A DNA stretch of 64,000 nt. Source: Promethearchaeota archaeon (GTDB lineage Archaea > Asgardarchaeota > Lokiarchaeia > Sigyniarchaeales > SOKP01). Every line of letters starts with the position of its first letter. Positions within the stretch are counted from its first letter, which is position 1. Below, one piece after another: positions 10,107 to 20,300 of the stretch. Position numbers and translations under genes: made by a program. Under the pieces are notes generated by a model, which did not search any database, had not been told where the DNA came from, and worked only from the letters and a program-made list of their open reading frames with translations. Location: NCBI GenBank assembly GCA_016840165.1, contig JAEOSU010000080.1, positions 128,001 to 192,000 on the forward strand, given 5' to 3'.

Positions 10107-11048
10107 TTAAACTCCAAGGGTTTTATGTATGATATTTTCGATTATATTTTCGACTTTTATACCGGGTTTTGGTTTTATACTACCCAGCAAAACATGTCGA
10201 GTAATCTCTGAGAGATATTCATACATCGATTTTTTTTCTTTTACTTCTCCTTTTTTCTCTAAAAATTTCCTTCTCGCTAATAACTTAGCAATAGCAATCC
10301 CAGCTCTAATAGATGCAGGAACTTCAATATCGATTTTATTTCTCCGAGTTTCCTCAATGATTGTATAAATTAATTCTAATTCTGACTCTTCGATAATAAA
10401 GTGTTCTGGGAGATTAATTCTAATAATATCTAATTCAGTAGACTTTTCAGGATATGTTAACTTTATCCAGACTTTGATTCGGTCTTTTAAAGCTTCTGAG
10501 AGTCTATGTGTTCCTGACAATTCCTCGGGATTCATTGCAGAGATGAAAAAAAAATCATCGCTGGCTTTTATTCTGCCTAAATGAGGTATACCGATAGAGG
10601 CTTCTTCTAATGGTTCTAATAAAGTATTTTGAGAATATTCTGTGGCACGATTTATTTCATTTGCTAAAAAGGTTCCTCCCTCCAACATCGCACTCAATAA
10701 CGGTCCAGGATTAAAAGCTTCTAAGACAAACCCTTTCTTCAAAGTTATCGCCGGATCAAATGACCCTATAAAATGTGAGGGTTTAATGCTCTCATCCATT
10801 GTGAGCCAATGAAAGCTTTTATTTTTATTTTCTTTTGCCCTTAAACTTGCGAAGTATCTGCACAGGATTGTTTTACCCACACCAGGTGGACCGACGAGGG
10901 CAGGAAAAAGACCAGTTGCCTCTGCGTCCCTGAGTAACTCTAAAGCTCTTCCATATTGTCCAGATAAGACAATTTTTATTTCTTCTTCGGAAATATCTTT
11001 AATAAGTTGTTGATTAAACAATTGCTCAAATCTTTCTTTATTAATCAT
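10107..11048 (-). CDS. MoxR-family AAA+ ATPase
   Basis: Walker A GPPGVGKT, PGPL, variant Walker B FLANEINRA, AMNP, LSEALKDR, ASIR. Confidence 0.9.
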   Translation of the reverse strand: MINKERFEQLFNQQLIKDISEEEIKIVLSGQYGRALELLRDAEATGLFPALVGPPGVGKTILCRYFASLRAKENKNKSFHWLTMDESIKPSHFIGSFDPAITLKKGFVLEAFNPGPLLSAMLEGGTFLANEINRATEYSQNTLLEPLEEASIGIPHLGRIKASDDFFFISAMNPEELSGTHRLSEALKDRIKVWIKLTYPEKSTELDIIRINLPEHFIIEESELELIYTIIEETRRNKIDIEVPASIRAGIAIAKLLARRKFLEKKGEVKEKKSMYEYLSEITRHVLLGSIKPKPGIKVENIIENIIHKTLGV

Positions 11049-11244
11049 CTATAAAACTCATTTGAATTATTTGTAATTCTAGTAGGACTAATATGTGTAT
11101 ATTTAATTATTGGGAATTTAAAACTTTAAAGTTAATATTTTAAAATTATAATTTTATTAAATTCTGGTCAAATTCGTAAAAACGATGAATTGATGTGCTA
11201 ATAATAATTATTTATATATAGGAAAAAGAGTATTTTATATTTTA

Positions 11245-12174
11245 ATGAAAGAGACGCAAAACCCTCATAACCCTACCATGAAATTATCAGAGACTGAAAT
11301 CGCAATAGATTCTATTCTCGATTCAAGGAGGAGAGAAAATAAAAAAGCTAAAACGATTACTGGAATTCCTTATCCATTTCTTAAATGGGCAGGAGGTAAA
11401 AGACAATTGCTTTCACAGATGGAAAAGTTCATACCAAAAGAATTTAATAGATATATCGAACCGTTTGTAGGGGGTGGGGCATTATTTTTCTTTTTATTAC
11501 CGAAAAAAGCTATTCTATTAGATAATAACTTTGAATTGATTAATTGTTATAAAGTTATTAAAAAAAATGTGAATGAGCTTGTACAGTGTTTAAAAAAACA
11601 TACCTATAATAAGGAATATTACTATAAGATTCGAGCGCTTGATCGAAACATTGAAAAATACAGCATGTTATCAGATTCTGAAAAAGCTGCTAGGATGATC
11701 TTCTTAAATAAAACTGGCTATAATGGATTATATAGAGTAAATCAAAAGGGATTTTTTAATGTACCTTTTGGTAAATATAAAAATCCTAAAATCTGTGATA
11801 GAAAAAATCTTTTCGCAGTCCATCATGCTTTACAGTCAGTCAAAATAATTCATAATTCATTTGAACATTGCTTGGATTATGCTGAAGAGGAGGATTTCGT
11901 ATATTTAGATCCCCCATATTATCCTATTTCTGACACTTCATTATTTACAAGTTATACTAAATTTAATTTCGGAAAAGATTCGCAGATAAAACTACATAGT
12001 GTCTTTAAAAAATTGGATCAAAAAGGCTGCCAGATCCTTTTAAACAACTCATATTCGGATTTCATTTTAAATTTATATAAAGATTTTCGAATAGAGATTT
12101 TGAAAGCTAAAAGAGCAATTAATTCAAAGTCTAATAAAAGAGGCGAGATTAAGGAAGTTTTAATTATGAACTAA
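11245..12174 (+). CDS. Dam-family (D12 class) DNA adenine methyltransferase, orphan
   Basis: PFLKWAGGK, EPFVGGGA, NGLYRVN..G.FNVPFG, YLDPPY. Confidence 0.92.
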   Translation: MKETQNPHNPTMKLSETEIAIDSILDSRRRENKKAKTITGIPYPFLKWAGGKRQLLSQMEKFIPKEFNRYIEPFVGGGALFFFLLPKKAILLDNNFELINCYKVIKKNVNELVQCLKKHTYNKEYYYKIRALDRNIEKYSMLSDSEKAARMIFLNKTGYNGLYRVNQKGFFNVPFGKYKNPKICDRKNLFAVHHALQSVKIIHNSFEHCLDYAEEEDFVYLDPPYYPISDTSLFTSYTKFNFGKDSQIKLHSVFKKLDQKGCQILLNNSYSDFILNLYKDFRIEILKAKRAINSKSNKRGEIKEVLIMN

Positions 12175-12216
12175 TACTATATTATTCTTAAATTACTTTA
12201 ATGTTGAGATCTTAAG

Positions 12217-14586
12217 ATGCAAGTAGAGGAGTTGGGATTTAGAGAAAGAACATCAAGAATAAAGGAAAGAATAATCTCACAACCACATGAAATATGTTTA
12301 GATAGAGCAAAACTGTTTACAGAATCGTATCAAAATACTAAGGATGAACCTCAAATTATTCGATTTGCTAAAGCCTTTCGCCATGTTTTAAATAATATGA
12401 CTATAAAGATCTGGGATGATGAATTTATAATAGGAAATAGATGTTCCAAATTAGTTGGTACACCTCTATTCCCAGAAGTGCGGGTTGATACTCTTGAACA
12501 AGATATTGATACTTTTGAAAATCGACCAGCACAGAAGATGTATATTAAATCAGAAGATCGAGATCTTATGAAAAAAATCATTATTCCCTATTGGAAAAAT
12601 AATGAAGAAACAGTAAAAGAAAAGTTTATGGGTAGTTTAGATCCTTCTGTTAGAGAAGTAATGGACACCCTTGTTTTCACAGTGGAAGCTGAAATGACAA
12701 ACGGAGTTGGCCATTTTATCCCTGGTCATGATAACCTTATAAGATTTGGATTGGGCTCCATCATTAAGAAGGCAGAGGAGAAACTAACGAGGATAGATGA
12801 AAATCCAGAAAAAGAAATTTTCCTTAAATCTGTGATAATTGAGTGTAAAGCAGTTCAAGAGTTCATATTAAGATATTATGATCTTGCTCAAAACTTAGCA
12901 TTGGAAGAGGGTAATGAAAGAAGAGAAAGAGAGTTAAGTGAAATCGCAAAAGTTTGCTTAAATATTTCATCTAAGCCTCCAAATTCATTTAAAGAGGCTC
13001 TTCAATTGATATTTTTTAATCATTTGGCTTGCAGTATTGAGGATGGGGGATACGCAATAAGTATCGGCCGGTTAGACCAGATTTTATATCCCTTTTTCCT
13101 AAATGATATAGAAGAAGAAAGAATAACAATCGAAGAAGTCCAATTTCTCACTGAATGCTTTTTTTTAAAACTTTCAACTCTTTGGAACTATGTTTTTTAC
13201 CTTGGGATTAGTGCTGTTGAGGGCCCTCCAATCGCGCAAAATGTCACCATTGGAGGATGTAATAGAAAAGGTGAAGATGCTGTTAATGAGCTTTCCTATG
13301 TAATATTAGACGCTTATTCAAATTTAAAATCTGTACAACCTACATTCTCAGTAAGAGTAAATAAAAATACCCCAGTTCAATTCTTGAAAAAAGTAGGCGA
13401 ATCAATAAAATCGGGAACAAGTATAGCATTATTTAATGATGATGTTATGATTAAAGGATTAATAAATCGAGGATTTTCTTTAGAGGACGCACGAGAATAC
13501 GCTCCTATTGGATGTGTTGAACCTCAACATCCGCATAAATCCTTTGGATCAACTAATGCTAATCAACTTAACATAGTAAAATGTTTAGAATTGGCATTGA
13601 CTAATGGTTTTGATATGTTTATTAGAAGAGAAATAGGAGTAAAAGATAGTAAACCTATCAGAACCTATGATGATTTATGGAATGCATTTGTAGAACAGAT
13701 GAAATTCTTTATAAGTAATATGGTACTTGCGATGAAAAGCCTTGATGAAACTATAGCCCAAATTAAACCGCAACCCTATTTATCTGCCTGTATCGACGAT
13801 TGTATTGAAAGAGGTTTAGATATAACAAATGGAGGCGCAATTTATAATTTCACTGGCCCTCAATTGATAGGATTGGCAACAGTTGCAGACAGTTTAGCGG
13901 TTATAAAAAAAGTTGTCTTTGAAGAGAAACTTCTTACTTTAGAGCAACTAACTCAAATTCTAATGAAAAATTATAGAGGTACTTATAATAATAGAAAAGG
14001 GAATGAATGGCGCGAAATTTTCATAAATAAAGTTCCTAAATTTGGAAATGATAATGATTATGTTGATCAGATAGCAGTTGATGTCGCTAAAATCTATTGC
14101 CATGAGATATATAAATACCAAAACTTTCGAGGAGGGAAGTTTAATCCTGGTATATATTCAACATCTTTACACTTAACGTTTGGTGCGTTCTCTGGAGCAT
14201 CAGCGGATGGAAGAAAATCAAGGGAGCCACTCTCCAATGGAGTGGGTCCTACCCATAGTAGAGATAAGAAGGGTCCTACAGCAATCCTAAATTCTGTGAA
14301 AAAATTGTATAATGAATTAATGACCAATGGAAATTCACTTCTGTTAGCTTTTCATCCCAACAGTATGTCTGAGGAGATTTTTATACCATTAGTTCAAAGT
14401 TTTTTTACAAAAGAGGGAGGTTATCAACTTCAATTCAATGTTGTAGGAAAGAAAACTCTCTGTGATGCTCAAAGGAATCCAGAGAATTATAGTGGTTTAG
14501 TAGTTAGAATTGCTGGCTATTCAGTATTATTTAATGAATTAACTAAAAATGCGCAAGATGAAATAATTGCCAGAACAGTTTATTAG
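12217..14586 (+). CDS. Glycyl radical enzyme (PflD/eliminase-type)
   Basis: GRLDQ, single-Cys GCVEP loop, PKFGND, C-terminal VRIAGYS glycyl motif. Confidence 0.92.
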   Translation: MQVEELGFRERTSRIKERIISQPHEICLDRAKLFTESYQNTKDEPQIIRFAKAFRHVLNNMTIKIWDDEFIIGNRCSKLVGTPLFPEVRVDTLEQDIDTFENRPAQKMYIKSEDRDLMKKIIIPYWKNNEETVKEKFMGSLDPSVREVMDTLVFTVEAEMTNGVGHFIPGHDNLIRFGLGSIIKKAEEKLTRIDENPEKEIFLKSVIIECKAVQEFILRYYDLAQNLALEEGNERRERELSEIAKVCLNISSKPPNSFKEALQLIFFNHLACSIEDGGYAISIGRLDQILYPFFLNDIEEERITIEEVQFLTECFFLKLSTLWNYVFYLGISAVEGPPIAQNVTIGGCNRKGEDAVNELSYVILDAYSNLKSVQPTFSVRVNKNTPVQFLKKVGESIKSGTSIALFNDDVMIKGLINRGFSLEDAREYAPIGCVEPQHPHKSFGSTNANQLNIVKCLELALTNGFDMFIRREIGVKDSKPIRTYDDLWNAFVEQMKFFISNMVLAMKSLDETIAQIKPQPYLSACIDDCIERGLDITNGGAIYNFTGPQLIGLATVADSLAVIKKVVFEEKLLTLEQLTQILMKNYRGTYNNRKGNEWREIFINKVPKFGNDNDYVDQIAVDVAKIYCHEIYKYQNFRGGKFNPGIYSTSLHLTFGAFSGASADGRKSREPLSNGVGPTHSRDKKGPTAILNSVKKLYNELMTNGNSLLLAFHPNSMSEEIFIPLVQSFFTKEGGYQLQFNVVGKKTLCDAQRNPENYSGLVVRIAGYSVLFNELTKNAQDEIIARTVY

Positions 14587-14647
14587 TAAATCCAAAAAAT
14601 TTTTAGCGACTTATGTTTTTACTATTTATTACAAGTTTCATAGATTT

Positions 14648-14749
14648 GGGCCTGTAGATTAGTCGCAGATGGATGCCCTCATGAACGAAGCATCTTGAAA
14701 CGCGTGATTCGCATTCACGAGACCGCGGGTTCAATTCCCGCCAGGTCCA
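14648..14749 (+). tRNA. tRNA-Ala(CGC) with a 30-nt intron at about position 24/25 (14671-14700)
   Basis: Acceptor GGGCCTG/CAGGTCC-A with G3:U70; anticodon arm CGTGA-TTCGCAT-TCACG; T arm GCGGG-TTCAATT-CCCGC; D stem GATT/GAT^C is restored by removing the insert. Confidence 0.85.
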
Positions 14750-14869
14750 CTCTTAATTGAAAGCTTTTTGGTGTAAAAAATAATTATTAATTGGTTTACT
14801 TCTACATATTCATAGAATTATGAATATATTTTTTTAAATAATCTCATTTTATACAATTAAATATCCTAG

Positions 14870-15616
14870 ATGATGATGAAGCTCTTAGTAATCATTCCTG
14901 CATTTAATGAAGAGAAGACTATTGAGAATGTAGTAAAAAGTATTCCTAATATTCCTAATATAGATCAAGATGTGCTCGTTATCGATGATGGAAGCAGTGA
15001 TAATACTTTAATATATGCTAAAAAACAAGGAGCTGAGACTCGCTCAAATAGAAGAAATATGGGACTTGGTTCGGCTTTTAAATTAGGTTTAAATTATGTT
15101 TTACAAGAAAAAGTCGATTATATAGCAATTTTGGATGCTGATGGACAATATGAGCCATATGGATTAAAAAGACTCATCAATCCAATTATTAATGAAAATT
15201 ATGATTTGGTTATCGGTAATCGTTTCATTAATGGAGGATATTTTGAAGCAAGAACTATAAAACGTCTGGGAAATCTCTTTATTTCTACACTTATATCGAA
15301 AGTATTATTAAGATTAGAGATAGTCTATGATATTCAATCTTCTTTTAGGGCATTCAATAAAAAGTTAGCTATATTTATTTTAAACAATATTAACGCGAAA
15401 TATAATTATGCTCAAGAAATGTTTATTTTAGCTAGCCTATATAGATTCAGGATTAAGCAGATCCCGGTTATATGTAAAAAGAGACATTCAGGAAAATCCA
15501 GACTTATTAAAAACCCAGCTCTCCATATAGTTCGAATATTATGGGTTTGTCTTAAAACATTTATAAAAAATTTTTTTATAAGGAATTACTCTTTTCCCTC
15601 ATCAAGTCCTAATTGA
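14870..15616 (+). CDS. GT2 glycosyltransferase (DPM1-like)
   Basis: IPAFNEE, DDGSSD, DADGQ, IGNRF. Confidence 0.9.
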   Translation: MMMKLLVIIPAFNEEKTIENVVKSIPNIPNIDQDVLVIDDGSSDNTLIYAKKQGAETRSNRRNMGLGSAFKLGLNYVLQEKVDYIAILDADGQYEPYGLKRLINPIINENYDLVIGNRFINGGYFEARTIKRLGNLFISTLISKVLLRLEIVYDIQSSFRAFNKKLAIFILNNINAKYNYAQEMFILASLYRFRIKQIPVICKKRHSGKSRLIKNPALHIVRILWVCLKTFIKNFFIRNYSFPSSSPN

Positions 15617-16344
15617 GAGATCATCATTCTTTTTAAATCCTGTCTATTTTTTGGCAGCCCAAACATATCTGCATATTTGTCTGTAGTCATTAATTCATGG
15701 CTTCTTCCTTTTTTTTCTGCAGATATTAATTCATTATCAAGGAGATACTTAACATGTTCGTATGCACCAGTACCTCTAATTTTTATGACAGTTGACTTTA
15801 AAATTGGTTGCTTTAAGGCAATTATAGTAAGGGTTCTTAAATACTTTTCCGCTATCGCCCCACCTTTAGTAAATTTGGAAATAGTTTCTGTATATTCCGG
15901 TCTTAGCTGCATTTGGTAGCGCTCTCCAACTTGCGCTATGACAAGCGCACTCGAGCGATCTAAATATTCATATGCAAGTTCGGTGATTAATTCTTCCACC
16001 AACTTTTTTGAGATTTCTAGTTTAGTGGCAATTTCTTCTATATCCAATGGACTTCCAGCAGCATAAAGAGCTCCTTCAATTAAATTTTTTTGGATAATCC
16101 GAAATTCTTTATCTTCATCTAAAGTTTCTTTTTCTATTTTTTCTTCTCCAATATCCATTTCATCGCTGTCCTCACTCTCAATATCTTCGATTTGCTCACT
16201 ATCTTGATCAATAGTATCATTTATTTCAGTATCAGATTCATTATTTTCATGGGATCCTTGTTCTGGATCAGATATGGATTCAACTTCTTTTTGATTTTCA
16301 TCTTTTAAATATTCCTCAATTTGATTTTCTTCCTCATTATCCAT
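15586..16344 (-). CDS. scpB: SMC-Scp complex subunit ScpB with acidic N-terminal extension
   Basis: IEGALYAAG, TLTIIALKQPI, KIRG, TTDKYADMFGL; operon with scpA and smc. Confidence 0.92.
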   Translation of the reverse strand: MDNEEENQIEEYLKDENQKEVESISDPEQGSHENNESDTEINDTIDQDSEQIEDIESEDSDEMDIGEEKIEKETLDEDKEFRIIQKNLIEGALYAAGSPLDIEEIATKLEISKKLVEELITELAYEYLDRSSALVIAQVGERYQMQLRPEYTETISKFTKGGAIAEKYLRTLTIIALKQPILKSTVIKIRGTGAYEHVKYLLDNELISAEKKGRSHELMTTDKYADMFGLPKNRQDLKRMMISQLGLDEGKE

Positions 16345-16359
16345 GGTTTAATCTCCCAA

Positions 16360-17355
16360 TTATCTTATATTAATTATAAAATCCCTAAAATCCTCTTCCT
16401 GGTTTAAGGTTAACTTATTTCCCGTTGAGAGAAACATTAATGCTAAAAACATCCTTACAAATGCAAATCTTCTTCCAATATCAGATGGTTCTTCATTTTT
16501 AATTATTTGAGCTAAATCAAAAAAAGTAGTCTCTACACCTTCTAAGTTTATTTTTGCTTTTATTCGATTAAACCAGGACTCATGTAATTCCTCTATTGAT
16601 TGTTCTCTTCCACTGATATGCTTTAATAATTCTTTTGGTAACTGAGCTTTTGATCTCATCTGGATTTTTTGTTCTTTTAATTGTTCTCTTCGTAATCGTC
16701 TCCGCCTTAATTTCTCTTTATTTTGCATTGTTTCTATTATAGCAGAGCGCATAGCTTCGAATAACTCCTCTTTTGTTGCAATAAGCATTTTTGGCTGCAA
16801 TGGTTGAGATAATGTTTTCGGGATGGTTCTAGCATGCGATTGCCTGAACTTTTCGAGCTCCTCTTTTTTCTGTATTTCCTCCTCTTGTTTAATGATGCTC
16901 GAGATTTTATAGTGATGTAATGATGCAGAGGTTTTGAGAGCAATTCCTGAAATTTTGTAATTTATTAGACTTTCATGGAGCATGTTATCGAAAAATTTGT
17001 CTACCAGTGAAGCTAAGTCGTAAAATGCTACATTTGAATCTTTTGCGAGCTCCGTATCCAACAAACTCGAATAAGGAGGTTTTTGCCAGAATTTCAATTC
17101 CATTTTTTCCTTATACAATAAAGCAGGGTCATCATCTTCCTCTACTCCCGCAATTAATTCTTCTTCTAACTCAACTTCTTGCGTTCGATCAATAAAATCC
17201 GGGTGAGAAACAATCTCCTCCAGTAATTTAATTATATCTTTCTTTTTTGATTTAGAAGGAATTGTAATATTATTTTTTCCAGCAAAATCTCTTAATTGTG
17301 CAACAGTCCATTCAGTAAATTTGTTTTCTTCTTTAGCTTCACTTTCTTTTGAAAT
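16360..17355 (-). CDS. scpA: Kleisin ScpA with N-terminal SAP/HeH extension (probable ATT start at 17355; ORF track starts at 17118)
   Basis: DLASLVDKFF..INYKISGIAL..SASL..YK (N-terminal kleisin domain); FLALMFL...KLTLNQEEDFRDF (C-terminal winged helix); frame open to 17370 with AGGTGA 7 nt before ATT. Confidence 0.8.
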   Translation of the reverse strand: MSKESEAKEENKFTEWTVAQLRDFAGKNNITIPSKSKKKDIIKLLEEIVSHPDFIDRTQEVELEEELIAGVEEDDDPALLYKEKMELKFWQKPPYSSLLDTELAKDSNVAFYDLASLVDKFFDNMLHESLINYKISGIALKTSASLHHYKISSIIKQEEEIQKKEELEKFRQSHARTIPKTLSQPLQPKMLIATKEELFEAMRSAIIETMQNKEKLRRRRLRREQLKEQKIQMRSKAQLPKELLKHISGREQSIEELHESWFNRIKAKINLEGVETTFFDLAQIIKNEEPSDIGRRFAFVRMFLALMFLSTGNKLTLNQEEDFRDFIINIR

Positions 17356-17387
17356 TTCTATTTCACCTAATTAAAATGAATACTTAA

Positions 17388-20300
17388 TTAACTTTCCTCG
17401 ATGTTTGTGGGTACATCCGGTAATTCTAATAATTTTTTAGCCTCCTCCTCTAAATCGACGCTAAATATATCCGTTATACCACTTTGCTGCATTGTGACCC
17501 CATATATTCTATCTGCATTTACAATATTCTCTTCTCGATGACTAATAACCATGAATTGAGCTTGTTGAGCAAATTCTTTAATCACCATGCTTACTCTATG
17601 AACATTTGGACCGTCAAGGGCAGCATCTATTTCATCCATTATATAAAAGGGTGCGGGATAGAACTCCTGCACAGCAAAGATGAATGAGAGAGCTACGAGC
17701 GTTTTCTCTCCTCCACTAAGAATTTCCAAGCTTGAGATCTTCTTTCCTCTTGGTCGTGCTTCTATACTTACACCTCCTTCGAAAGGTTTATCCGGACGAT
17801 CTAAAATCATTTTAGCAGAGCCACCTGGGGATAATTTTTGAAAAATTCGCGAAAATTCTCGATTAATTTCATGATATGCTTTCATAAAAGTACGAGTTTT
17901 CTCAAGTTCAATCTTTTCTATAGCATCTAAGATAGCTTTACGTTCACGTTGGATTGTTTGTCTTCGCATATCGATCTCATCAAAGCGTTCTTTAACGGCA
18001 TCAAATTGTTCTATTGCTTTGAGATTTACAGGTTCCAAAGCATTTTTCTTTTTAGATGCTTCAGATATATCCGATTGGAGTCCAGATTCGGATAAATCAT
18101 CTGTAACAGGAGGAATAACACCATAATCTTTAGAACGATGATAAAGGGTTTCAATTTGATCTTTAGTAATTATAATTCTTGATTCATAATTATTTATTTT
18201 CGAATTTTCCATAGAATAATCTGTTTTTAAATCAGTGATTATTTTCTGATAGTTCTTTTGCTTATTCCAAGATTCATCTTTTTGTTGAATAAATTGATTT
18301 AATTCTTCTTGTTTGAGATTTTTGTTTTGTTTTTCTTGTGATAAATTCTCTTCGAATTTTTTTATTTCTATGGAGATTTTTTCAATTTCTTTCTCAGTAT
18401 CATCAATATCTTGATGTAATGCTAAAATTTTGTTTTCTCTTTCTTTATTTTTATTGATTTCATTTAAATTTCCTTGATTTTTCTGTAAATCATTATTAAG
18501 CTTATTTAGATTCTTTTGAGCGGCTTTCTGGAGCTCTATTTCTTTGCTTTTTTCTTGTCTTAATCCATCAATGATGTTTTGTATTTCATCAACTTTTGAT
18601 TGCAGGCTTTCAATCTGTTTTTTATTTTCCTCAACATTTTTCTTGCTAGCTTCAATATTTATCTTTGCATCTGAATTTTCTTTTGATAAATCCTCAATAG
18701 ACGTAATAATCATCATTATATTATCTAAAGATCTCAATTTGTTCATAGTTTCTTCTAAAATCTTATTTTGTTCGTCGATCTGAACCCTTATACTTTCAGT
18801 GTTTTCCCAAAATTTCTCCTTTTTACCAATTAATTCATTTATATTCGAATTGATGGATTCTTGTTCCCTGTTAACTGAGTCAATTTTATTTTTTATTTCA
18901 TTTATTGTCTCTTTCTTTGAGTCAATGTATTTTTTTAAATCTTCAATATTCGTCTCTATTTCAATAATACTATCAAAAAGAGATTGAATTCCCTGTAATT
19001 CTTGGAGATTTATCTGTAATTGTTCCAACTCTTTTTGTTTCGAATCGATTTTACCTTGAATTATTTCAATATTTTCCCAGTACTTAGATTTTAGATCTTT
19101 TAATTTTTTGATATCATCTTCATAATTTTCTTTTTCTTTTTCATTAATTTGATTACTCCTTTGACTTATTTCCTCTTCAGATTTACTTATAGTCTCACTC
19201 GCCTCAGAGATTTTTCTATTAACTTCATCTAATCGTTTAGTATACAGAGCAAAGTCTTCGGAATCCCGTTTTTTGTTAATATTAACCTCAGTTAATTTAT
19301 TCTCTATGGTATTTAAATCATCTGTTTGAGATGCAATGTTTAGAGAAATCGCCTCGAGTTGTTTATATAGGTCCTGACTCTTAGACATAGTTAGTTTTCT
19401 AAGAGAAATATAGACATTTTCAAGGATTTCCATAAGATCTTGAACAAAACTATCGAAGTTAGTCGTCGATTCTTGAATTTCAACATCAGCAGATTCTTTT
19501 ACTTTAGAAATTAACTGATCAATGGTAGAATCAACATTATCAGTAAATAGAGAAAGGGTTTGGAGTATTGAATTAATAGATTTCGAGGTTTCGCTTTCTT
19601 CATCAGTCTCACCACTAACGTCCTCAATGGTTTTCATAATATCTACGATATCTAATACAAATTTACGGAAATCATCAGCTGAAGTTTCAATAGCCTCAGC
19701 ATTTGATTGTTGTATATTACTCTTTATTGATTCTACACTAATATTGATATTTTGCGTTAACATATTTAGGATTTGAAGTATACCGGTTATATCTTCTGTA
19801 TTTCTCTCATATTCTTTTTCTGTTTTTTCAATTTTTAAAGAAAGTTCTTCTTTTTCTTTTATTAAATCATTTAAGCGTCTTTGAATATTTTCCTTTTTAG
19901 AAACGAGATTATTTTCGTCATTTTCTACTTTAGCGAGATTACTCTTTAGATTATTAACTTTTAACTCTGAATCACTCTTTTCTCGTTCAAGGTTTGTGAA
20001 GTCTCGGTTTACTAATTTTAATTTTGTATTTAGGTTTTCTATTTTTGCTTTGTGGTCATATATTTCTGATTCTATAGAATCTTGCTTCATTATCAATAAT
20101 TCTAAATCTTGTTCATATTTTCTGAATGTTGAATTTTCTTGTTGATATTCTTTCTTTAACTTATTTAATTCATTATTAATTGCTGATTTTTTATTCAGCA
20201 TTTCCTTTAAAACGATTTCTGTATCTTTACCCTCACTTAATTCTTTAATTCTGTTCTCAATTAATGTCTTTTTTTCCTCCATTTCCGCTATTCTCGTGTT

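Noticed and set aside
12217-14586. Calling the GRE pyruvate formate-lyase (pflB)
   Set aside because: Lacks the adjacent Cys-Cys active-site pair
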